Of a stretch of 64,000 nt of DNA, positions 39,983 through 48,883 are shown piece by piece. The position numbers and the translations under genes were made by a program. The notes under the pieces are model-generated. The model was not told the DNA's origin. It saw only the letters and a list, made by a program, of their open reading frames with translations, and made no database searches. Position 1 is the stretch's first letter. Each line of letters starts with the position of its first letter. Source of the DNA: Trueperaceae bacterium (GTDB lineage: Bacteria > Deinococcota > Deinococci > Deinococcales > Trueperaceae); contig CBDCDZ010000004.1 in NCBI GenBank assembly GCA_965215565.1, positions 416,001 through 480,000 on the forward strand, read 5' to 3'.

Positions 39983-40999
39983 CTACACCTCCAAATCAAA
40001 CTGCACTTTCATCCTCTCCGGGTCGTTCTCCGCTAAGTCCAGTCCCTTTTGAAAGTCTTTTACGCCGAGCGCGTGGGACACGAGAGGTTCGACTTGGATT
40101 GCGCCGCCTTGTATAAGGGCAATCGCCTCGTGAAAGGTCTTATTCAGGGCGAACGAGCCGATGATCTTGAGGTCTTTGCGGAAGACGTCGAAGGGGCTGA
40201 AGGTGGCGGTGGAGCCGTCCGGGGCGACGCCGAAGACCCAGACCTTACCTCCGGGACGCACGAAGGTGAAGCCTTGCTCGAGCACCTTAGGAATCCCTGT
40301 TGCGTCCGCCACCACGTCAAAACCGTGCGGAACGAGCGAGCCAAACGTGTCTTGCGTGAGCTTGTCGGCGTGAATGGCGGCGTTTGCGCCTAGCGATTCG
40401 GCAAGCTCTAAACGCCAAGGGTCTTTATCCACCATCGCGACGTACGCCGCGCCCGCTCGCTGGACCGCTTGCATCATTAGAATACCCATTGGACCCGCGC
40501 CGAAGATGAGCATTCGGTCTCCGGCTTGAAGCTGGACTTGTTGAAGCCCCCAGACGACGCAGGCAAGCGGTTCGACTAAAGCGGCGTCCGCAAAGGACAT
40601 CTCCCCCACTGAGTAGACGGCGCTTTCAGGCGCAGAGACGTAGCCCGCGAACGCGCCCGCGCGGGTCACGCCGATGACCTCCAAGTCGAGGCACTGATTG
40701 AACTGCCGCTGCTGACAGAAGGCGCAGCGGTAGCAAGGAAGATTGGGGTCGGCGGTAACGCGCTCGCCCACCTGGAAGTTTTGAACGTTGTCGCCGACTG
40801 CTGCGACGACGCCGCTCAGCTCGTGACCGGGCGTGACGGGGTACTGCGCGACGGAGTACGAGCCGTGCCAGATGTGGAGGTCCGTGCCGCAGATGCCCGC
40901 ACGTTTCACGTCGATAAGGACGTCATCGGGACCGATGTCGGGCGTGTCTTTTTCGAAAACTCGAGCCTCTTTGGGCGAAGAAATCTCAGCGGCAATCAC
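39983..40999 (-). CDS. Zn-dependent alcohol/polyol dehydrogenase
   Basis: GTG start overlaps the permease stop (GTGA); GICGTDLH, PGHE, CYRCAFC, GAGPMG. Confidence 0.9.
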   Translation of the reverse strand: MIAAEISSPKEARVFEKDTPDIGPDDVLIDVKRAGICGTDLHIWHGSYSVAQYPVTPGHELSGVVAAVGDNVQNFQVGERVTADPNLPCYRCAFCQQRQFNQCLDLEVIGVTRAGAFAGYVSAPESAVYSVGEMSFADAALVEPLACVVWGLQQVQLQAGDRMLIFGAGPMGILMMQAVQRAGAAYVAMVDKDPWRLELAESLGANAAIHADKLTQDTFGSLVPHGFDVVADATGIPKVLEQGFTFVRPGGKVWVFGVAPDGSTATFSPFDVFRKDLKIIGSFALNKTFHEAIALIQGGAIQVEPLVSHALGVKDFQKGLDLAENDPERMKVQFDLEV

Positions 41000-41826
41000 T
41001 TGATGGCTCCCATCGTGAGACCTGAGACGAGTTGGCGTTGAGCGATCCAACCGACGATTAAAACAGGAATGACCGCTGCTGTAGACGCCGCCGACATCTT
41101 AGCGAGGAATAAATTACCCTGCGCCGCCTTAAAGGTCGAGACGTAAACTGAAAGAGGTGAGGCGTCGCGTGAGGTCAGGTTCACCGCTAAAAAGAACTCG
41201 TTCCAGGTGAAGATCACGCAGAGGAGCGCCGTCGCCGCGAGACCGGGGACGAGCAGCGGCATGATGACGCGCATGAATTCCTGCCATAAGTTTGCACCGT
41301 CCAGCCGCGCCGCTTCGATAATCTCATACGGGACTTCCAACATAAACGAGCGCAACATCCATATCACCAGCGGCAGATTCATCCCAGCGTAGAGGAGAAT
41401 CATCCCTAAGTGCGTGTCGAGCAAATTGAACTGCAAGAACAGCACGTACAAGGGCACGATGATGCCCGCAGGCGGCAGCATCCGCGTGGACATGATCCAG
41501 AGCAGCGAGGCGTCGGTGCGTTTGGTCGGATAAAACGCCATCGCGTAGGCGGCGGGAATGCCGAGCAGGAGCGCCAGGAGAATCGACAGGGTGGTGATGA
41601 TGACCGTGTTGCCCAGGTATTCCATAAAAGGTGAGTTGAAAAGCGCGTTCTGCCAGTTCGCTAGCGTCGGCTCGAAGAACACGGGCGGCGGAAACTGGAT
41701 TGCAGCGGTTTCAGTCTTAAAAGAGGTCAGCGCCATCCAGAGAATCGGGAAGAACATCAAAAAGGCTAAGAATAGGGTTAAAACCGACAGGGCGTGTCCA
41801 TAGAGTTTTCTGCGGCTCAAGTTCAT
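40996..41826 (-). CDS. Carbohydrate (polyol) ABC transporter permease
   Basis: EAARLDGA motif, WNEFF, multiple TM segments. Confidence 0.93.
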   Translation of the reverse strand: MNLSRRKLYGHALSVLTLFLAFLMFFPILWMALTSFKTETAAIQFPPPVFFEPTLANWQNALFNSPFMEYLGNTVIITTLSILLALLLGIPAAYAMAFYPTKRTDASLLWIMSTRMLPPAGIIVPLYVLFLQFNLLDTHLGMILLYAGMNLPLVIWMLRSFMLEVPYEIIEAARLDGANLWQEFMRVIMPLLVPGLAATALLCVIFTWNEFFLAVNLTSRDASPLSVYVSTFKAAQGNLFLAKMSAASTAAVIPVLIVGWIAQRQLVSGLTMGAIK

Positions 41827-42758
41827 GCGCCGACTCCTTCCTCGTCCGAGTTGCGTAAGACCTGCAAGAACGCCAGGATGACAAAATTCGCTAAGATCAC
41901 GGCGAACACTCCGTAGGCGCTGGCACGTCCGACGTTTTGCCTCGAGAACGCCTCCAAGAAAATTTGATACGGCAGGTTCGTCGATTGCAAACCCGGTCCG
42001 CCCGAGGTCGTCACGAAGATCGCGCCGAACACGCTCAGGATGAAAATCGTCTCTAGGAGCAGCGCGATTTCGATAAAACGCTTCAGGTGCGGCAAGATGA
42101 TGTGGCGAAACATGCTAAAACCACTTGCCCCGTCAATTCTAGCCGCCTCCACCGTCGAGTCGGGCAGCGACTGGAGCCCCGCTAAGAGAATCAGCATCAC
42201 GAAAGGAATCCACTGCCACGAGACGATGCCGATAACTGTCGCCATCGGAAAAGATTGCAGTGCGTAGAAGTTCTGCACGCCGAACAATCCAAAAAACCAG
42301 GAGAGGAGCCCAAAGGAGGGGTCTAAGAGGAGGTTTTTCCACAGTACGGCTGCCGCGACGGGCATCATCAAGAAGGGTGAGATGAGGAGCGTGCGGGCAA
42401 GGGCACGTCCGGGGAAGGGGCGGTTTAAGAGCAGCGCGAAGGCGAGCCCGACAACAAAGGTAATGACGACGACGGACAGCGTAAGATAGAGCGTGTTCCA
42501 TAAGACATAGTAGAAGTCTGAGTTCGTCAAAATGCGGCGGTAGTTGAGCCAGAGCCTGTCCCAACCGATAAAGCCCGTGCTGGTGGGTCTTAGTAAGTTC
42601 CAGTTGGTAAAGGAATAGTAGATTGCAAGCGCGAAAGGAACCTGCGTCATCAGGATGAGAAATAAGATGCCGGGGGAGGACAGATACTTGCGGCGTTCTC
42701 GTTTGGCTGTATCCGAGGTCGCGGGTTGCTGGTCTTGCTTAAAGGTCGTACTCGCCAT
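41823..42758 (-). CDS. Carbohydrate (polyol) ABC transporter permease
   Basis: WQWIPF..LAGLQSLP..EAARIDGA, TSGGPG. Confidence 0.93.
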   Translation of the reverse strand: MASTTFKQDQQPATSDTAKRERRKYLSSPGILFLILMTQVPFALAIYYSFTNWNLLRPTSTGFIGWDRLWLNYRRILTNSDFYYVLWNTLYLTLSVVVITFVVGLAFALLLNRPFPGRALARTLLISPFLMMPVAAAVLWKNLLLDPSFGLLSWFFGLFGVQNFYALQSFPMATVIGIVSWQWIPFVMLILLAGLQSLPDSTVEAARIDGASGFSMFRHIILPHLKRFIEIALLLETIFILSVFGAIFVTTSGGPGLQSTNLPYQIFLEAFSRQNVGRASAYGVFAVILANFVILAFLQVLRNSDEEGVGA

Positions 42759-42895
42759 GAGGTCTCCTCTCGAGGTGGCGGATATGTGCGCGTTCGAGAT
42801 GATGTAGAGCAGTGTTCTGTGGAAAAAGAAAGGTATTAGCTTTTAGCTGTTAAGTATTGGCACAGTTATCTTTATTCGGGGAGGAAGTGTGCGGC

Positions 42896-42923
42896 GTAGG
42901 GGCGATTCATGAATCGCCCCTAC
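42896..42923. repeat. GTAG-family REP palindrome
   Basis: Perfect 28-bp palindrome GTAGGGGCGATTCATGAATCGCCCCTAC between the SBP and permease genes. Confidence 0.8.
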
Positions 42924-43010
42924 AACATTTGCCTCTTTCTACAATTTCTCTAGCGTCGTTTATCATTGTGCACTTTGCGAATAGCTAGAGCGTTATTCCA
43001 GCATCGCTGC

Positions 43011-44324
43011 TTAGTAATACCCTGCATCCTGCATCGTCTGAGCAGCGGACTCCTGCGCCCGCGCTAAGCCCTGTTCGACGCTCGTGTTGCCTGCGAGAAT
43101 CGCGGCGACGGTCTGCGCGACGTCGTTGCCGATGCCCTGGAATTCAGGAATCTGCACGAACTGGACGCCCGGCGCAATCTGCGGCTCGGCGGTGGCGTTA
43201 GCGGGCTCGGCGCTTTGGATCGACTGTAAAACTAAGGGCGCAAAGGGCGCGGCTTCGGTGTATTCAGCGTTTTCGTAGGTCGAGGTGCGCGTGCCCGGTG
43301 GGACGGACGCCCAGCCCCGCTCCTGCGCGACGAGGTCGATGTACTCCTGTGAGGTTGCCCAAGTCATGAACTTAAAGGCGGCTTCTTGGGCGTCCGAAGA
43401 GGCAGGAATCCCTAAATTCCAGGACCAAAGCCAAGCGTTACCCGTATCCACCGGACCGACAGGCGCTAGAGCGTAGGCGAATTGGTCGCCTATGTTTGAG
43501 CTTGCTAAAAAGCCCGCAGCCACCGTCGCGTCCACCCACATCGCCACTTGCCCGGAGGTCATAAGCTGGAGCGATTCGGTGAAGCTGATACCTGTGACGC
43601 CAGGCGCACCGCACTCTTGCACCAAGTCGCGGTAGAAGGTGAGCGCTTCTTGCCACTCGGGGGAGTCGAGCTGCGGCTCGCCCTCTTCGTTGAACCACTG
43701 TCCGCCGAAGGTGTTCACGACGGTAGTAATGGGAGCCATGTTGTCGCCCCAGCCGGGCTTACCGCGCAGCGCGATGCCGTAGACACCGTTTTGTGGGTCG
43801 TGAAGCTGACAGGCTAAGTCGCGAATCTCTTGCCAGGTCGGTTGCTCGGGCATACTCAGCCCGGCTTCTTCAAACATTTGCTGGTTGTACATCGTGAAGC
43901 TCGACTCGGCGTAGAAGGGCAGGGCGTAGAGTTCGTCCTCATAGGTGAGCATGTCGGTCACGGCGGGCAAGAGGTCGTCGAAGTTGTAATCTCCTGCTAC
44001 ATCGGAGTACTCCTCCTCGAGCTGGTCAACCGAGACGATCCAGTCGTTCGCGGCCCAGAGCGGCACCTCGTAGGCTCCAACTGTCACGAGGTCAAACGAG
44101 CCGCTGCCCGTTGCCACGTCGGTGGTGAGGCGGCTGCGGAGCGTGCCCTCATCTAAGAAGAGCCACTCGAGCGCAATATCTGGGTTTTGCTCGGTGAAGT
44201 TGCTGCTGAGTTCTTGCATCGTGACCATGTCGGGGTTGTTGACCGAGGCGATGGTGATAGTCGTTTGCGCTGAGGCGCAGGTGAGTCCGAACGTGACGAG
44301 CAGGGCGAGCCAGGTTTTTTTCAT
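43011..44324 (-). CDS. Polyol (sorbitol/mannitol-type) ABC transporter substrate-binding protein
   Basis: Signal peptide MKKTWLALL..ASA; TIASVNNPDM, LRGKPGWG, WVDATVAA, WLWSW, VPPGTRTSTY, IPEFQ. Confidence 0.9.
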   Translation of the reverse strand: MKKTWLALLVTFGLTCASAQTTITIASVNNPDMVTMQELSSNFTEQNPDIALEWLFLDEGTLRSRLTTDVATGSGSFDLVTVGAYEVPLWAANDWIVSVDQLEEEYSDVAGDYNFDDLLPAVTDMLTYEDELYALPFYAESSFTMYNQQMFEEAGLSMPEQPTWQEIRDLACQLHDPQNGVYGIALRGKPGWGDNMAPITTVVNTFGGQWFNEEGEPQLDSPEWQEALTFYRDLVQECGAPGVTGISFTESLQLMTSGQVAMWVDATVAAGFLASSNIGDQFAYALAPVGPVDTGNAWLWSWNLGIPASSDAQEAAFKFMTWATSQEYIDLVAQERGWASVPPGTRTSTYENAEYTEAAPFAPLVLQSIQSAEPANATAEPQIAPGVQFVQIPEFQGIGNDVAQTVAAILAGNTSVEQGLARAQESAAQTMQDAGYY

Positions 44325-44363
44325 CGAGTTCCTCCGTAAGTTTCTATAGCAAAAATTCGGGCG

Positions 44364-44638
44364 ATGGACACGTGACCATTTTGAATCAGATGCTTCTGAT
44401 CGAGTTACCCCCTTTCGGTGTTTGTCTAACGCTCGAGCGACCAAACCGCCTAAATCCAGTCGTATGGCTCGAGAAATCAGCTATTTTTCGACTTTGAACT
44501 ACAATGGTCTCGTGTCCATTACTATAGAGAGAAATTTAACGTTTGTCAAGAGGTAGCCCTGAAACCGGACGCTAAATCAGCTTTTGCGCGTCTGAAATAG
44601 CCTTTCACGAGCCTTCTGCTATACTGGTCTCGTGTCCA
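44364..44638. promoter_or_regulatory. Three LacI-type operators, consensus TGGACACG(T/A)GACCA
   Basis: ATGGACACGTGACCAT (44364-44379), ATGGTCTCGTGTCCAT (44504-44519), TGGTCTCGTGTCCA (44625-44638); imperfect palindromes with central CG. Confidence 0.75.
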
Positions 44639-45654
44639 CCATCAACGATGTCGCCAAACGCGCCGGGGTCTCCTCCACCACCGCTAAACGCGCTGTAAAG
44701 ACGCCGCACCTCTTGGCAGCGGACACGTTAGAGCGCGTTCAAAGAGCGATTCAAGACCTCAACTACGAACCTGATCAGGTTGCGAGTACGCTCCGTAGCG
44801 GTCAGAGCCGCACCGTGGGTCTTATCGTCGGGAACATCGTCGAGCCTTTTTTTGCCGAGCTTATCCGAGAGGTCGCGGGCGCGTTGCAGCGGCGCGGCTA
44901 CGCGCTCCTCATTGCGGACAGCGAATACCGCGCAGAGTTGGAGTTAGAGCACCTCAAAAGCATGAGCAGCTACCGCGTGGGCGGGCTCATCGTGCGTTCG
45001 GGCTACGGCAACGCGAACCTTAAATATATGCAGCGTATGCAGGCACAAGGCGTCGCCATCGTAGAAATCGACTACTTCTATCCGGGCAGCCCCTTTAGCC
45101 ACGTAATGCTGGACAGCCGCCAAAGCGTCTATGAGGGTGTCGCTTACTTGGCGGAACTCGGGCATCGCCGCGTCGCGCCATTGGGCGTCTATCACGAAAC
45201 GATCAACCCGGAGGAGCGTTCCTTTTACTTCACGGAGGCGATGAACGCCGCCGGGCTCAGTGTGCTAAGCGACTACCGAAGGGTCGTGCGCTTCACCGAA
45301 GATGAGGCGTATAAGCTCACGCACGAGTTGATGGCGTTGGAAGAGCCGCCTACCGCACTGTTCGCGTTCACGGGCAACATGGGCATGGGCGCGTATAGGG
45401 CGCTACGTGAGCGCGGTTTGCGCGTCCCCGACGATGTCTCTCTTTTGACCTACGACAACTACACTTGGACGAGCCTGGTTGATCCGCCCATTGATGTGAT
45501 CGAGCAGCCGACGAAAGAGATGGGGCTCGCGGCGGTCGATATTTTGTTTCAGGGGATTCAGCAAAAGAGTGAACACGCTCAGCAGGAGGTGGTGAGGCGG
45601 CGCTTTCCCGGGCGGCTCATTGAGCGGTGTAGCAGTGCGCCGCCTGAGGGATAG
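44632..45654 (+). CDS. LacI-family transcriptional regulator
   Basis: STINDVAKRAGVSSTT HTH, GLRVPDDVSLL; GTG start 6 nt after TATACT. Confidence 0.95.
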   Translation: MSTINDVAKRAGVSSTTAKRAVKTPHLLAADTLERVQRAIQDLNYEPDQVASTLRSGQSRTVGLIVGNIVEPFFAELIREVAGALQRRGYALLIADSEYRAELELEHLKSMSSYRVGGLIVRSGYGNANLKYMQRMQAQGVAIVEIDYFYPGSPFSHVMLDSRQSVYEGVAYLAELGHRRVAPLGVYHETINPEERSFYFTEAMNAAGLSVLSDYRRVVRFTEDEAYKLTHELMALEEPPTALFAFTGNMGMGAYRALRERGLRVPDDVSLLTYDNYTWTSLVDPPIDVIEQPTKEMGLAAVDILFQGIQQKSEHAQQEVVRRRFPGRLIERCSSAPPEG

Positions 45655-45680
45655 CACGGTTCTTCACGCCAGCGCAACAC

Positions 45681-48267
45681 CTAAACCTGTCCGGGATCGT
45701 CAACGACTTTGTACCTCACGCCAAGCGCCCCGAAGTGCGCCTCACCGCATCTTAGTTTGTGCCTTTGTGACGCCTTGAGTTTAGAGTCGGCTGCGCTCTT
45801 CGTTTCGCAGATGAGGTAGCTGGGACTAGCTTCTTTTACGATAGCCCAGCCGGGGTTGTAGGGTCCTACGGGCGTCTCCACCTTGAACCAGCTCGGCAGT
45901 TTGACGTAAAGGCGGATGTCTCGTCTTTCTTCAAGTGACTTGACGAACTTCAGCTCAACCTCTGAACCATAAACGACCCACTCGTGAACGGACTTTTGAA
46001 CTCGCTCCATGTTGGACAGGTAGCCGCTCGGCGCGTCCAGCTCGAGGCGCTTCATCTCGAACGCCTCACCGGGGCTGGGCGCGTACTCGGCGCTCTCCAC
46101 CATCAATTCTTGCAAAACGCGCTGAACTGCCCTGACTGAGCCGTCAATGAACGCTTGTGGGTTGACGAGCAGATCGCCGACACGCCCCGACGCTTTAAGA
46201 ATTGCGGCGAGCGTAGAGCGGGTCAGTTCCGTCTCGCGCTGGAGGATACCTAGAACGTCGGGGACGGCGAAGTTTGGGCCCGCCTGCACCTCACTCCGCG
46301 CTGCAACCCTCACCGGGGCGAGGTCCCCGCGCTGCAACCGCCCCTTCTGAACGCTGACTTTAGGGGCGGTGACAGGGGGCAACTCAGAGACCGCTACAGC
46401 CGCCACGCGGATAAGTTCATTCGCGCCGTAGTGGACGGTGTAGCGGGTCTTTCGCCCGATACGGTCCCACAACACTCTAAATTCAGGGCTGAGGTAGACC
46501 TGCTTATTGAGCGTTACCGCCTGGCGCTCGCGCTTGTTCTTGATGCGGTCTCGCCCGATCTTGACACCTGTTTCCGCAAGAATCTCGTTTTGCAACGCCT
46601 TAGCGAAATCGGCGTAGCTCTCGTTAGCGACGACGCTCAGCACATTGATAGACTCGTCAAAAGAGCGCTCGCCCGTCTCGAGGACGGGCAGCCGCAGCCC
46701 CCGCCCGATCTCCTGCCGCTTCTTGATGTCGGACTTGCTCTCATTCAGGGTGCAGATTTGGAAGACGTTGGGATTGTCCCACCCCTCGCGGAGCGCGGAG
46801 TGGCTGAAGATGAAGCGCAGCGGTGTTTTGGTGTCTAAAAGCTCCTCTTTCGCCTGCATGATGAGGCGGTAGGCGTCATCATCCGCTTTCGTTCTGCCGC
46901 TCGTGTCCTTCGCCTCGCCGCTGTTGGTGGTGGCGAAGTAACCGTTATGCACCCGTTCTGCGGGGGGTAGATTGAGCCCCTTGTATTTGGGTAGCGCCGT
47001 GAACTCGCTGTACGCCTCGATGAACCACCTGCGGATTTTGCCGTTCTTGTCGGCGTAGTTCGCTACCTTGTCGATGAAAAAGAGCGAGAGGACTTTGAGG
47101 CGTTGCCCCTCGGGAAGCCTCGAGATACGCAGCCTCCTTGTCCAGATGCTCCTTGACGGTCTCGCGTACCTGCGCTTGCATGATGGCATCTTTGTTGTTG
47201 CCGTGCGCCTGCCCGAGGTAGAGCGAGACGCCGTTGGAAAAGGAGACGCGCTCCTCTCCGGCGTGAATCTCGCTCACGATGTGGTCCCTGTAGAGATCAC
47301 GCTCCGTTTTCTCGAAGAGGTCATCGTCGCCCTTGACCGTCAGCGTTTTGCGCTTCACGCCCGCCCTTTGCAACACATCTAGCTCGAGCTGCGCCGTCGG
47401 CGGCTTGCTCTTATAGGCTTTGAAGCCCTTGACCGCGATGTAAGGCTTGTTGAAAGCAGCGTCCTCGATAACTGAGGAGACCTCGATGAGTTTCACCAAC
47501 TTGAGGTCATAGGCTCTGATCGGGTCTAGCTTATAGACGAGGTTGTAGAGGTTGCGGTGCGTAGCGGAGTAGCGCAGCGTGCATAAGGGGTTGAGGCCTT
47601 GAATCGCCTTTTGCGCTCTACCGCTCTCCATGTTCTGCGGCTCGTCCATCACGACAACCGGACTGGTCTCTTGGATAAAATCTAAAGGACGCCGCCCTGA
47701 GAGCGCATCCTCATTGCGCCGGATGACGTTGTTATCTTTGTTAAAGGCGTCGATATTCATGATCATGATCTGCAAGGTGTTGTTGACCCCAAAGGAGCGA
47801 ATCTGGGAAAGCCGCTTAGGGTCATAGACGAAGGCGTTGTAGGGGACGTTGAAGAGGAGCGCGAAGTGCTCGCGCGTCAGCTCGAGACTTTTGAGCACCC
47901 CTTCACGAATCGCCACCGAGGGGACCACGATGATGAACTTTTTGAAGCCGCAGCGTCTATTCAGCTCGAGGATGGTGCGCAAGTAGACATAGGTCTTGCC
48001 CGTGCCCGTCTCCATCTCGACAGTGAAGTTGCGCCCGCCCAGCTCTTCCGAGACGCCCAGTGCGTTACGCCCTTGCACAGCTTGAAGGTTCGCGAGCAGC
48101 GCCGCGTCGCTCAGCGCGAGCACGTTGGCGAAGCCGAGTCCACTCCACGCGCTGCCGCGCGCGACCTCAGAGCGTCCTGCGGCGCTAGGTTGCCCGGTGA
48201 AGAGGTCGGTGACGGCTCGAATAGCCTCGAGCTGATAGGGTTGGTTGCCGTCGAATTTGAGCTTCAC
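45681..48267 (-). pseudogene. res: Type III restriction subunit Res, frameshifted at ~47133 and with altered nuclease motif
   Basis: NFTVEMETGTGKTYVY, DEPQ, LRYSATH, then +1 frameshift (GAC AAG GAG G CTG CGT) into KVLSLFFIDKVANY, HSALREGWDNPNVFQIC, QEIGRGLRL, YNPGW..ETKS. Confidence 0.9.
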
Positions 48268-48875
48268 CGGACAAGCTCGAGCAGTTCAGCCATAGGGCGC
48301 ATGTCTTTCAGCTTTAGCTCCGGCGCTTCTCTCGCTTCTCCTTCATACACAGCGAACGCCTGCAGATCACGCCTGCCAGCCCAACCGATCAGCGCGGCGT
48401 TTTTGGCGTTAGGAAGGTTGACACGGTTCTTCTCTGACGTGCCCTTGCTAAATATGTCCAGCCAAAAATAGACTTGGATATTGACGTCTCTAAGCTCGGA
48501 GCGCTTGGTTGCCAAGGTGAACGTCTCCACGATAGCGGCGGGCGTCTTGAAGACCGATAAGGACGACTTGACAGACCCGAGAATCTCTCTGCCATCGGCT
48601 GTGCGGAGCGCTACGTCGTGACCTAAGTCTGGCTCGGCAGAGGCTTTGTCGACGGCGGAGGCGGCGTACTTGCCGCTCTGACGAAAAAACTTCAAGGTCA
48701 TCGCTTCGGCGATTTCGCCCAGGGTGACGTTCACGAACCTCTCCAAATAGTCGCGCGCGTGCAAGTCCGAGCGGTCTCGGATGTGCGGCGTGAGTTTCTG
48801 GGCGACGCTGATGCACCTCGCTATCTCCTCGTCCGTTAAGGGAACAAACCTGATGTCCGCTTCGGTGACGGCCAC
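48264..48875 (-). CDS. Putative PD-(D/E)XK nuclease-fold protein between mod and res
   Basis: GTG at 48875 after GAGGGGG RBS; GEIAE..FFRQSG..PDLGHD..SVKSS spacing resembles restriction endonuclease cores; stop overlaps res start (GTGA). Confidence 0.6.
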   Translation of the reverse strand: MAVTEADIRFVPLTDEEIARCISVAQKLTPHIRDRSDLHARDYLERFVNVTLGEIAEAMTLKFFRQSGKYAASAVDKASAEPDLGHDVALRTADGREILGSVKSSLSVFKTPAAIVETFTLATKRSELRDVNIQVYFWLDIFSKGTSEKNRVNLPNAKNAALIGWAGRRDLQAFAVYEGEAREAPELKLKDMRPMAELLELVR

Positions 48876-48883
48876 GCGCCCCC

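Noticed and set aside
47125..47145. Programmed frameshift or phase-variable tract in res
   Set aside because: No slippery heptamer, homopolymer or simple repeat at the site
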